A stretch of 64,000 nucleotides of DNA from Heterodontus francisci (taxonomy: Eukaryota), in assembly GCF_036365525.1 (NCBI RefSeq), contig NC_090381.1, positions 115,940,644-116,004,643 of the forward strand. Direction: 5' to 3'. This document shows, piece by piece, positions 52,379-64,000 of this stretch. The notes under the pieces were generated by a model, which was not told the DNA's origin, ran no database searches, and saw nothing but the letters and a program-made list of their open reading frames with translations. The stretch's first letter is position 1. Every line of letters begins with the position of its first letter. The position numbers were made by a program, and so were the translations under genes.

Positions 52379-55300
52379 CAGGAAAACCGAAAGATTTTCT
52401 CAGGAGTCACTGGAAAGAATTGCTTGAATCTGTGCTTCAGCGCTTTGGTGCAAGCGGCCCGCTGCAGGGCAGTATTAAACCCTCACAACCCAGTCCCAAG
52501 AGGTTCGCTCATTCTTTTTGTTATCAGAAAGGCTCAGATCCTGTTTTCCAACTCTCGGGGCGTTTGTGCACCTGACAGTTTCGTTCGATTAAACTTGGAT
52601 ACCGCAGAACCATATTAGGAAGACATTATATTCTCGGTGAAGTGAAACGTTCAGTACAGAGGAAATGTCAGATCGTTAGTGTCAATGCATCTATTCAGAA
52701 GTCTATCCGTGTCTATTCGCGGGGAACCAGTCCCGTATTTGCTGCTTCCATTCATTTCACAGGCACTGAGAGAGAGAGAGAGTGACAAGATGAAGATACT
52801 TTTAAAGGTTTCAATGGCAACTTGATGCCACTTAAATCTGAATGATTCGTAGAGAGGAAAAAATAGATCTGTAGCGGCCCTTCCATAAAAAGCACATCCA
52901 GATTATTTGCCTTGTATTTGAACTGATTTCTTTCCCATTCTGACTATAGTAACACTGTTGTTATTACTGAGCAGCACTGAGGAGCTTGCTCTGGTTGTTC
53001 GCTATTTCTTGCAGATTATAAAACGCGGGTGAAAAGAAATTAACCTGAAACGTTAACACTGTGTTCTCTCCACAGATACTGCCAGACCTGATGAGTATTT
53101 CCAGTATTTTTTGTTTTAGCTACAATTTGATAAGATTCCTTTGCCGTTTAAGCATATATAGGGGCCAGATCAAATTATTGTAAACACACTTGCAGCGACC
53201 ACAGCAAATCACGCTGCAATCACAGAATCAAAGAATTGTTCCTGCACAGAAGGAGGCCTTTCGGCCCGCCGTGTCTGCTCTGGCTCTCCGAAAGAGCAAT
53301 TTACCTAATGCGGTGTTAAAATTATAACCAGCTATGCAACACATCAACAATACGAATAAAAGAACATTCTTGGGAGAGAAACATTTGATTAATGATTTCC
53401 AGGCCAAACATTTCCAAATTTCTCTCGGAAAGAAAACCAGGAAACAGGATGGATTTGTTGAGCGCTGCCTACAGAACGCACCGAACTGTACAAACATCTT
53501 CTGATTTACATTAGCACAGGCCCGGTAATACTTTATTGCAAACATGCAAACAGTATTCTTTTCTACTTTGAAATTAGATCCGGAAATTTTAAGTACCCGA
53601 AGTGTTCTAAGGCCAATAGTCATCCCTGAGCCATTATCACCAAAACTGATAACTTGAGCATTTAATTCATGCGACCAAAACCCGATGTGTGTTTGCATAA
53701 ACAGCAGCGATGCCTGCACTTCAAAACGGAGTCATTTCGAAGTGAAGTGTTTCGGGAGCTCCCCTTGACACGAAAGGAGCTCTATCAATAGAAATTCTTA
53801 AGTATTTTGAGAAGAAACAAATTCGAAAGGAATGAAGGAAGAATGACATAAATTAACTGAGAAATATAAACAAGTTTCCAACATATATCAACAGATAATT
53901 CAAATGGGAATAAGACAGGGCTATACAAGAACTACAGGAATCGTGAAAAAACTTCAGGAGTTTTCTAAAACACGAAGTGCAAGAAAATTCCAGCGATCAG
54001 CTGATATTGCTGAACATAACATCTCTCCTTTTATTGCAACAACCTCCAGACTTGGTTACAGCAATGCTTTCCTTGCTGGTGCACTGATGTCTATTTTTCG
54101 TAAATTCCACTTTAACAAATATTGTGCCATCCCATCTCATCCTGTATCCCCGTGTACTCATCAATCTCCGTTTTCTCCCCAGCCCATTCGCATGCATTGC
54201 AATTTTTTTCCCTCATGTCCAAGGTCGTCCATGGCCTTGACCTTCTAATCACAGTAACCTCTTTTTGTTTTTTGATGTGCGTTCTCCAGCCATCCACCTC
54301 GAGCACACTTTGCACTCTTCCCCTCTGCTTCACCTTCAGCAGAAAGCATCAGCTGTCTGGGCCCCACATTCTGGAACACTGCCCAAAATCTTTTCACCTT
54401 CCCAGTTCACTGTCCTTCATAACCTTCCTTTTGAACCGATCTTTTTCATCATGTCTAGATGTGACTCCTATCCGGCACCAACTTGTTTGACTTTTAACTG
54501 CCCTCTAAAGAAGCCTAGCAAGCCACTGAGATGCATCAGACTGCTACCAGGAGTGCAAAAAGAAGGCCCAGCATGACAATCGCAGGGTACCAAAGAATGG
54601 GCAATAAATGCTGGTGTTGTCAGTGATGCCTATATCCTGAGAAAGAATGGGGGGTGAGGTGGGGTAGGTGGGGGGGGGGGGGGGGGGCGTCTCAATACCT
54701 GATCAGCATAATATCGGACCAATATTGTTTTATTGCAAAAGTTCAGCATTACAATACAATTTGATTGTAATTTCAAAGCATTATTTTAATGTTTTGCGCC
54801 GTGCTGGTATTCACAATTTATTCAACCATTCATGGGGTACAATATTACATCATTAGAAGTTAGAATGAATCACTGTTCTGAACTCCACTGCCATTGTTCT
54901 ACAATATATGATGTACATTTATTAATAAAACATGATCCTGTCCCCTTTTTGATTAATTTCACCCTCATCAGCCTATATGCTAATCGCATCCCTCAAACCC
55001 TTCTAATTCCACAGAAACATCTGCTTGCCAGCTGGACCTATTTATACTTGCTGCTCCACTGTACTTCTGGTAACTTGTTCATTAAGTTCATTATCCATTG
55101 ATTCAAAAGTTGGGCATGACTTTCTTCCTTACACTTAACTTCTTAATATTTAAATTATATTGGTACGGGTATGCTAATGTCGTCATTATGCTACTGAATT
55201 AATAATCCACATAATATATTTTCAAATATGTTCAGTTTTGAGTATTGCGCTCAATATATATAAATGTCATCTAGGAATAAAACCTGGCACCGGGGGAAGT

Positions 55301-55744
55301 GATTGCGAAGTTGTTGGATTGCCAATACTGGTTCACGAATGTTCATTAGGAAAGGAACTCTGCATTTGTACACCTTTGATAGCCACCGGATGTCAAAAAC
55401 GCTTTACAGCCAATGAAGTACTTTTGAAGTGTAGTCACTGTTGCAAGATCGGGAAACGCAGCAGCTAATTTGCAGACAGCAAGTGACCATAAACAGCAAT
55501 GAGATAAAGGCTCAACTATTTTTTTTTAGTGGAGTTGGTTGAGGCTGTTAGCAAGGAAAGCAGGAGAACGCTCCTGCTCTTCTTCCATTAGTGTGATCTG
55601 GTCCTCATTGCGCACCAGTGAGGGCAGACAGGGTCTCGGTTTGATGTGTCATCTGAAAGACGGCACCTGCGTCCCAAATTTGTTCCAGTCGATATGTCAC
55701 TGCCATTGAACCACGTTTCAGGATTGTAAGCGTATTTGTTTTTA

Positions 55745-58700
55745 AGTTAATGGATTTGAGAAGTAAAAGTTGGTAGGCAAAACAGTCATTCGACAATGGG
55801 AGATCTTCAAGCAGGAGATGGGTTCGGGTACAAGAAGGCACATTGCCATGAAAGGGAAAGGAAGACCATCCGAAGCTATAGCTCCCTGGATAACGAAAGA
55901 AATAGAGGTTGCATGAAACAGAAATGCAAGACCTATGATAATGGTAAGGTTTATAATATAGTTTGGAACAAAGCTGACTATAGAAATTACAGAGGAAATC
56001 TAAAAATGAGGGTAGGTCGGACAAGGAGAGAGTATGAAAAGAGATTAACAACAAACAAAAAAAGAGAAAGAAGAAGTATTTTATAAGCACATAAAATGTA
56101 GTGAAAAGAACAGTGTGGTCTATTAGGGACAAAAAGGGAATTTTCTTGTGGAGGCAGAGGGCATAGCTGAGACACTAAATGAGTACTTTACATCTGTCTT
56201 CACTCGAGAAGAGGATGTCAGCAATGTAGCAGTAAAGGAGGAGGCAGTAACGATATTGGATAGGATAACACTAAATAAAGAGAAAGTACTTAATAAGTTG
56301 GCAGTCTTCAAAGTAGAAAAGTAAGACAGTCTGTATAAGATGCATTCCAGATTACTGAGAAAAGTAAGGGTAGAAATTGCAGAGCCTCTGGTCACAATCT
56401 TCTAATCCTCCTTGGATATCAGATAGCGCCACAGGATTGAAGGATTAAAATAGTTGCACGCCTTTTCAAAATAGTGGAGAGGGATTAGCCTAACAACTAC
56501 GAGCCAATCAGCCCAACGTCAGTGGTGGGAAAACTTTAAGCTAAATGGAAGTCAGCATCGATTTGTTAAAGGAAAATGTTGTTTGACGAAGTTGATCGAG
56601 CTCTTTCATGGAGTAACAAAGAGGGTTGATGAAAGTGATGTGTTAATGTTTCATATATGAACTTTCAAAAGTTATTTGGCAAAGTACCACATCATAGGCT
56701 TGTTAGCAAAAATAAATCAAGGGACAGTGACAGCGTGTATTCACAATTGGATTAGGAACATAGGAAGATAGGAACAGGAGTAGGCCATTCAGCCCTTCGA
56801 GCCTATCCCGCCATTCAATGAGATCATGGCTGATTCGCAGCCTACTCCATATACCTGCCCTTGGCCCATATTCCTTAATATCTTTGCTTAAACAAAAATC
56901 TATCTCAGATTTAAAATTAACAACTGTTCTAGCTTCAACTGCTGTTTGTGGGAGAGAGTTCCAAACCTTTACCACCCTTTGCGTGAAGAAGTGCTTCCTA
57001 ACATCTCTCCTGAATGGTCTGGTCCTAATTTTTAGACTATGCCCCCTAGTTTTAGAATCTCCCACCAGTGGAAATAGTTTATCTTTATCTAGCCTGTCTT
57101 TTCCTGTTAATATCTTGAAGATACAAGGAATAGAAAGCAGACCACAGTGCCAAACAGTTATTTTTCACATTAGGATCTTTGTTTTCAAATCCCTCCATAG
57201 CCTCTGCCATCGATATCAATTCCTCCTCCAACTCTACAAACCTCTGCATGATCTGTACTTCTCCAATCCAGGCATTCCCGATTTTTATTACTGCATCTTT
57301 GGTGACCATGCCTTCAGCTGGCAAGGCCCTAAGCCGTGACATTCCCTACCTAAATCTCTCCGCCTCGCTACCTCATTTAAGATATTCTATTAAGCCTCCT
57401 ACTTTGACCAAGCTATCGGTCATCCACCTTAATATCTCGGTATTTGGATTGGAGTCAAAGTTTGTTTGATAATGCTAATGTGAAGGGGCTTGGGGCGTTT
57501 TGCTCCATATACCTAGCTTTGTCCAATATCCCAAATACCTTTCCTTAACAAACATCTACAAGTCTCAGGTTTAAAATTCATTACATTCATAAAATTCAGG
57601 TTTAACATCAATTGCCATTTGTGGAAGAGAGCTCCAAATTTCTAGTACTCACTGCATGTAGCAGAGTTTCCTAATTGCATTCCTGAACATTCTGGCTTTA
57701 TATTTTAGTCTATAACCCTTTTTCCCAGATTTACCAACTAGCGGGAATAGTTTTCCCTATCTACCCTATTAATTACCACTGAATATCTGGAAAACTTCGA
57801 TTAAATCACACCTCAACTTTATAAATTTTGGGAATACAATTGCAATCTCTCCTGGTAATTTAACTCGTTAGTCCAGTTGGGATTCTGGTAAATCTATGAT
57901 GCACTCCCTCTAAAATCAATATACCCTTCCTAAGGTGTGGTGCCCAGAACTCCTCAAAGTGCTCCAGTTACGGTTTAGTCAAGGTTTTGTATACCTCCAG
58001 CACAACTTCAAACCCCTGGTATTCTAGACCTCTAAATATAAAGGCCAGCATTCCATTAGCCTTTGAGTATTTGCTGTACCTGCCCATGATCTATGTACAT
58101 GAATCCTTAAGTCTCTTTGGACCTCTATTGTTCCTAGATTTTCGCCAATTAGAATGTATGCTGTTCTAACCTTTTTCGATCCAAAGTGGATGACCTCACG
58201 TTTGTCTACATTGAAATCCATTTACCACACATGGTACATATTTTGAACTTACACTTAATCTATTAATAGCTTTCAATAGCTTTCATTTACATTGCTTATC
58301 GTTGTGTCATCGGCAAAATTGGTATGTAGCTTTCTATCCTATCATCTGAATCATTAATACATATAATGATTAATTTAAGCACCAACGCAGATCCTTGTGG
58401 GCTGCCACTAGTGACATCTTGCCAATTAGAATTCCTGCCCATTATCCATACACTTTCTCTCCTGTCACTCAAACAATTTAAAAACCACATTAATAATTTA
58501 CAACTAATTCCATGAGTTTCAACTTTAGTGAATAGTTTCTTATGAGGGAATTTATCAAATACCTTCTGGAAATCTGTATAAATAGCAACAATAGGCATTC
58601 TCCTGTCCACTTTTTTTTTATCTCTTCAAAAAATGCAATTAAATTCGTCAGGCAAGCCCTACGCTTCACAAATCCATGCTGCCTCTCTCCAAAACTGAAC

Positions 58701-59565
58701 ATTTTCAAATTGTTCAATCACTTTGTCCTTAATTATAAGTTTTGAGACCAATAGTTTTGATATATATTAATGACAGGGACTTGGATCGGCATGGCATAAC
58801 TTCAAAGTTGGCAGAAGATCTGAAACTCAGAAATATAATAAGCATTTACAAGGACAGCAACAAGACTGCAGCAGGACATAGACAAACTGGTGGAATGGAC
58901 AGACACGTTGCAACTCAATGCAGAGAAGTGTGAAGTGATACATTTTGGTAGGAAGAATAAAGAGAGAAAACAGGAACTAAATGAAACAATTTCACGTTGG
59001 TTGCAGGAAAAGACGTACCTGGTTTGTGTACACAAATCGTTGAAGGTATCAGGACGAATTGAGAATGCTGTTAAAAATCACATGGGATCCTTGGTTTTGT
59101 TCACAAAGGATTGGTCTACAAAATCAACGAAGTTATGTTCAATTTTTATACAACACTGGTCAGGCTTCGGCTGGAGTCTTGTGTTTAATTCTGAGCACTA
59201 CACTTTAGGAAGCAGTCAAGGGTTGAAGAGTGTATAAAGAGATTTACGAGATATCACAAGGGATGAGAGACTTTTGTAATGTGAGGCGAATCTAGAAACT
59301 GGGGTTTTTGCCTTTAGAGCAAAGAAGGAGAAGAGGAGATTTCACAGAAGTGTTGAAAATCATGAGAGTTTTAATAAAGTAATTAATGAAAAAATGTTTC
59401 CATTGGCAAAGCGGTCAGTAAACAGAGGACACAGATTTCAGCTGATTGATAAAAGAACTAGAGGCGACATGAGGGACCAAGAATTAACTACACGTCTGAT
59501 TTTGGTGTCATCTACAAATTTTGAAAACATTGCCTCCAAGCCCACACCCAAATCATATTCAGACA
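55745..59565. mobile_element. Cluster of decayed CR1 fragments in both orientations plus an L2 tail
   Basis: Plus about 55745..56757; minus 56758..57120 (RGHSLKIR...FTQRVVKVWNSLP); minus about 57510..58740 (YTDFQKVFDKFPH, GSPQGS); plus about 58745..59475 ([11 protein letters not shown]). Confidence 0.8.
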
Positions 59566-59571
59566 CAAGTG

Positions 59572-59890
59572 CAATGGCGCGTTTATAAAATACAAGACTA
59601 CTGCTGCAACAGCTCCTGTGATACAAGCTCCAAACAGTGAAATCGCCGTGAGTGTTACTTCCATATTGTCCCGAAAAGCGAGGAACTCAATTTCTATCAG
59701 AATGCATTGATCTCTTAGGTCATTGGACCAGTAATCTGTAGGGCATTTGATGCATTCTCTAGAACCTGTAGAGAAACACACGGACAAATAGCTAAAATAC
59801 TGATTTTAACATTTTTGGGGGAAATTGACGAAAGCTGTTATCATGGTAAGTCCAAAATATGACGTGATGTTATATATTCCCTTGTACGTC
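59572..59890 (-). pseudogene. Relic of a fourth, more diverged V2R (intron 5 plus 5' part of exon 6)
   Basis: Acceptor at 59766, then [30 protein letters not shown]...[19 protein letters not shown]. Intron-5 homology runs to about 59890. Cut on both sides by LINE debris. Confidence 0.9.
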
Positions 59891-60214
59891 TGCAGCCTTT
59901 GATACGGTTGACAATACCATCCTCCTCCAACGACTCTGCACTGTCGTCCAGCTGGGTGGGAATGCTCGCACCAGGTTCCATTCTTATCTATCTAATCGTA
60001 TCCAGATTATTACTTGCTGCTACCGCACCTTTACTCCTGCTGTCCTCCAAGGATCTATCCTGGGCCCCGTCCTATTTCTCATGGACATGCTGTTCCTCGG
60101 TGACAACATACAAAAGCACAGCAATAGTTTTCACATGTACTCTGATGATACCCAGCTCTACCTCACCACCACCTCTCCCGACTCTTGACTCTCCATCACT
60201 GTTGCTAAGTTAAT

Positions 60215-60708
60215 ATAATAAAAACAAGAAATGCTGGATATACTCAGCAGATCTGGCAGCATCTTTGGAGAGAGAAGCAGAGTTAACGTTTCAGGTCAGT
60301 GACCTTTCATCAGAACAGGCAGAGGCCGGAAATGTAATAGTTTTTCGGCAAATAAAGCAGGGGTGAGGCAAGAGATAACCAAAGAGGTGTTGATAGGACA
60401 AGGTCACAGAGAATAACTGACCAGAAGGTCATGGAGCAAAGGCAAACGGTATGTTAATGGTGTGCTGAAAGACTAAGCGGTAGTGCAGAGTGGGTGTTAA
60501 TTGACAAAAAAGTAAAACAACCTGGCCCAAAGCACAAACATGACAAAACAAAAGTGGGTAGGCTCATGGTAAAAACGCGAATGATGAAACAAAATGAAAT
60601 AAAATAAACAAATAAAAAATATTAAAAAAGAAAATAGCTGAAAATAAAAGGGGAGGGCACCATGCTCTGAAATTATTGAACTCAATGTTCAGTCCGGCAG
60701 GCTGTAGC
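60215..60708 (-). mobile_element. Penelope-like 3' fragment inserted in an L2 remnant
   Basis: [15 protein letters not shown] plus UTR and hammerhead; L2 sequence resumes on both sides. Confidence 0.8.
60281..60316 (-). ncRNA. Minimal hammerhead ribozyme motif (canonical core)
   Basis: GTT-CTGATGA-A-AGGTC-act-GACCT-GAAAC-GTT-AACT: conserved core, 5-bp stem II, palindromic AACGTT at stem III. Confidence 0.72.
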
Positions 60709-61237
60709 ATAATTATCAGACTGCATATCCATCAACCCCAGTACTGGATGAGCAGACATTTCCATCAATTAAATATTGGGGACACAGAAGGCATTGCTTT
60801 CGGTAACCAGCTCCAAACTCTGTTCCCTAGCTATGGATTCCATCCCATGCTCTGGCAACAGTCTGAGACTAAACTTGTCAGTTTTCAATCTTGATGTCAT
60901 CCCTGACCCCAAAAGAACTTCCAAACTGCACATTCACACCACCACTAAGGCCACCTATTTCCATCTCCGTAACATTACCTGACTTTTTTTTTATTCACTC
61001 ATGGGATGTCGGCATCACTGGCCAGGCCAGCATTTATTGCCCATCCCTAATTGCCCTAACTGAGTGGCTTGCGAGGCCATTTCAGAGGACATGTAAGAGT
61101 CAACCACATTGCTGTGGGTCTGGAGTCACATGCAGGCCAGACCAGGTAAGGACAGCAGATTTCACCATTATCTCAACTCATCTGCAGCTGAAACCCTCAT
61201 TCAGGCCTTTGTTACCTCTAGATTTGACTATTCCAAT

Positions 61238-62655
61238 TGTTACGACCAGGTGAGAAAGAGGCCTAGGGTTCCCTTTCATCCTTCACCTGGTCTCCCGTAA
61301 CAGGGTTTAATTTTAAACACACCGTGTTTTCAAAACCTCCTTGGTGAATCCTTTTCAATTATAAGGCAAAGAAACCAGCACAACAGGTTTTCTCAGGTTA
61401 AAGAAGAAAAGTGAAATTTTATTAAAGTTAAATTTAAACTCTAATTCAGTTAACACCTACAGATACACACTGCACCCAATGCTCGCATGCATAAGTGATA
61501 CACGCATGAAAATAGAGAAAGAAAAGAGCATAAGAAAAATAAAGTGCAATGGTTTGAGGCAATATCTGAAGAGTTGCTGTTATGGTTCTTCAAGCTGACT
61601 GTAGAATCCTTCAATGTAGGTAGATCTTGATTTTCATTGGAGCCTAGTATTCTTCTTAAACTCGTTTTCTGTAGGAGACGTTTCTCTCTTGGGGTTCATG
61701 TGTCTTCAGTGGATTCAGACGCTTGTGAGAAAGAGATGGGAACAGACAGGAGAGAGATCTTCTTAGTCCAGGAGCAAACATACTTTCTTAGTTTAGTTTA
61801 GTTTAGAGATACAGCACTGAAACAGGCCCTTCGGCCCACCGAGTCTCTGCCGACCATCAACCACCCATTTATACTAATCCTACACTAATCCCAATATTCC
61901 TGCCACATCCCCACCTGTCCCTATATTTCCCTACCACCTACCTATACTAGGGGCAATTTATAATGGCCAATTTACCTACCAACCTGCAAGTCTTTTGGCT
62001 TGTGGGAGGAAACCGGAGCACCCGGAGAAAACCCACGCAGACACAGGGAGAACTTGCAAACTCCACACAGGCAGTGCCCAGAATTGAACCCAGGTCGCTG
62101 GAGCTGTGAGGCTGCAGTACTAACCACTGCGCCACTGTGCCGCCCAAAACTACAGATTAATTAATTGAATTCCAATTTCACCATCTGCTGTTGTGGGATT
62201 TGAACACATGTCCCCTGAGTACTAGCCTGGGCCTCTGCATTACTAGTCCAGAGACATTACCACAACACCACCACCTCCCCCTTTCTGCCCAAACTGTTTG
62301 CACAAATTTAAAAAACTTAGGTTGCCCAGCATGTGACTAGCTGGTTTGCCCATATTAGTCCTGTGACTAGCTGGTTTGCCCATGTCCCTTTGTGTATTCG
62401 GTCATCTTAGCAGTCAACATGGATTGCGATCTCCCCCACCTTCATAGTCTGGTGATCAAAAGTCCATTGTGGGTTGAATGTCAGCGAATGGCTACTTTGT
62501 ATTTCCAAACGTTCTCTGTTAATATGCAAATGTCCTTTCCAGCAATGGTTGATCTGTTCAACGAGTCCTCTCTTAACTCCAGTAACAGTTCAAAATCAAT
62601 GTTCATGACAAAATCAATGTGCCCTGTTCTTGGAAGGTGGGGGCTTAGCATGACA
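61238..62655 (-). mobile_element. 3' LTR of a Gypsy-type retrotransposon, with nested SINEs
   Basis: Minus-strand termini TGTCATG...CGTAACA, preceded by purine-rich GGGTGTGGAGG (PPT-like). It interrupts the L2 abruptly at 61238. Confidence 0.7.
61788..62145 (-). mobile_element. Full-length HE1-like V-SINE
   Basis: Starts GGGCGGCACAGTGGCGCAGTGG (A box), GGTTCAATTC (B box), V-domain, (CTAAA)n tail. Confidence 0.92.
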
Positions 62656-62855
62656 CCTCCACACCCAGCAGAATAAAATGTGATTTCAGAAAAGAGCATT
62701 TTATTAAAAGGGTCGAGAAAAAAAAACATAAGATGCAGAAAAACCCATGCATTTCTCTCATTCATTCCCATTCATTCATAAATCCTAAAGCTTATTACAG
62801 CCTCTCTTCTCTTAATGCCAGTGCTGCTTTAATTGCCCCATTTTTGGCACCCCCA

Positions 62856-63125
62856 AGAACAAAGAACAAAGAAAATTACAGCACAGGAACAGGCCCTTTG
62901 GCCCTCCAAGCCTGCGCCAATCCAGATCCTCTATCTAAACCTGTCGCCTATTTTCTAAGGGTCTGTATCTCTTTGCTTCCTGCCCATTCATGTATCTGTC
63001 TAGATACATCTTAAAAGACGCTATCGTGCCCGCGTCTACCACCTCGGCTGGCAACGCGTTCCAGGCACCCACCACCCTCTGCGTAAAGAACTTCCCACGC
63101 ATATCCCCCCTAAACTTTTCCCCTG
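62856..63125 (-). mobile_element. CR1 3' fragment nested in the Gypsy internal region
   Basis: [13 protein letters not shown]-type sequence with a (TTCTTTG)n tail. Confidence 0.85.
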
Positions 63126-63552
63126 TGTTTTTTTTGGGAGGGAGGGGGAGTTTCTCTTCTGTTTGCCCATTTCCATGGTTGCCTAGGGTCTTTGTTCATT
63201 CTGAGGTAATTTTGTTTTAAAGAGTCAATAGTGACCAAGTCTATCCTGAACTCTCTGTCAGTGCTTTGCTGAGTCATACAAAGGCTTTTGACCTCAGGGG
63301 ATGGGTGGTTCTGACTGTGGGGGAGGAGTCTTTCCTCTGCTCCCCTTTGTCCCAGAGGACGCTCCTGCTTGGAGGTATGTGTGCAGATGCTACTGCACTC
63401 CCCTATGGCACTTCAATTAGGTGAGGCATCACCCTCACGGTTTGCCTTCCCCCTAGAGGTATTTCTTTGTCTCTGCAGGTTCCTGTAAATGCTGTTCGCA
63501 ACTCTGGTGGGGTGCTGCTGGTGTCTGCATTTACGTAGGAGGATATGGGGTC

Positions 63553-64000
63553 TTACTTTTCACATTTTTCAAGGTTCACTGACCAGACAGTAAAGATTTT
63601 AATCTGGTATTTCTTCCAGACTTCCTTTAACCTGTCCTCTTGGTCACTTTTTCCCCTTCCCTGTTTAACCTTTTGCCAGCCTAGTGCCTGCCTGTCCCCT
63701 TTTGTTCTCAGCGGGGGTCCCTTCCAGTTCACCAGCCCTCTGCTGGAGGGTCTTTCTAACACCAGTACAGGACTTAGGGGTGCAGGCTTCATTGTAGGCT
63801 GGTGTTTACCCTCAACCTGGCACATGTGGCAACTCCTGCAGTACTCCACCACACCTTTGTGGAGTTTTGACCAGTCAAACTGCTGTCTTATGCGGGCTTT
63901 GGTTTTTTGTATACCAGCATGTACAGCCACTGTAGTTTCGTGGGCCCTTCTTAATATTTCTCTCCGGTACTCTGTGGCACCACTAACTGGTGAACTACTG
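63553..64000 (-). mobile_element. Gypsy pol remnant: integrase HHCC zinc finger, catalytic core lost
   Basis: QLVVP...ILRRAHE...HAGIQKT...FDW...YCRSCHMCQ...PAPLSP; similarity fades after GPPLRTKG. Confidence 0.85.

Larger units (their letters stand above)
1..55921. repeat. Tandem segmental triplication; units approx. <1..15169, 15170..37186, 37187..55921
   Basis: Position 1 matches 20761 and 42768. Near-identity across exons, introns and spacers. Homology with the unique flank ends at 55921. Confidence 0.97.
59891..61237 (+). mobile_element. Fragmented L2-like LINE with nested Penelope and SINE/LINE-tail insertions
   Basis: Decayed PQGSILGP and YSDDTQLY, YFHLRNI, AETLIQAFVTSRFDYSN. Confidence 0.7.

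Noticed and set aside
1-55921. Triplication as a pure assembly artefact
   Set aside because: Three distinct versions exceed two haplotypes, and each has private substitutions or indels. Not fully excluded without read data.
62070-62145. tRNA gene
   Set aside because: The A/B boxes belong to a SINE head continuous with the V-domain and tail; no cloverleaf or acceptor stem seen.
62331-62385. CRISPR-like repeat-spacer
   Set aside because: Only two 22-nt copies 8 nt apart inside an LTR, in vertebrate DNA, with no cas genes.
1550-63220. Most 60-170 aa ORFs in the track, many recurring three times
   Set aside because: They are alternative frames or antisense of exons and TEs, or low-complexity sequence. 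Recurrence reflects the segmental duplication, not conservation.

Overview
Vertebrate genomic DNA, almost certainly from a cartilaginous fish (HE1-type V-SINEs, a DeuSINE, CR1/L2 LINEs and Penelope-like elements). The window is dominated by a recent tandem triplication (period about 20.8-22.0 kb) of one six-exon, minus-strand class C GPCR gene of the V2R/OlfC (vomeronasal type-2 / CaSR-like) family. Copy A (1..9609) has exon 6 cut by the window edge. Copies B (20016..31498) and C (42023..52378) each splice to an intact 869-aa ORF. A fourth, older V2R relic lies near 59.6-59.9 kb among decayed LINEs, and a Gypsy LTR element fills the right end. Less obvious structure: (1) the Penelope fragments carry minimal hammerhead-ribozyme motifs, and a 104-nt insertion private to copy B begins at the predicted self-cleavage site; (2) a 1.1-kb Penelope hairpin in intron 4 of copy B has lost one arm in A and C; (3) intron 1 holds an orphan duplicate of the ligand-binding half of exon 2; (4) ancestry is mosaic and switches just upstream of the ATG; (5) the copies have lost different conserved receptor residues. 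All comparisons were made by eye, with no database searches.
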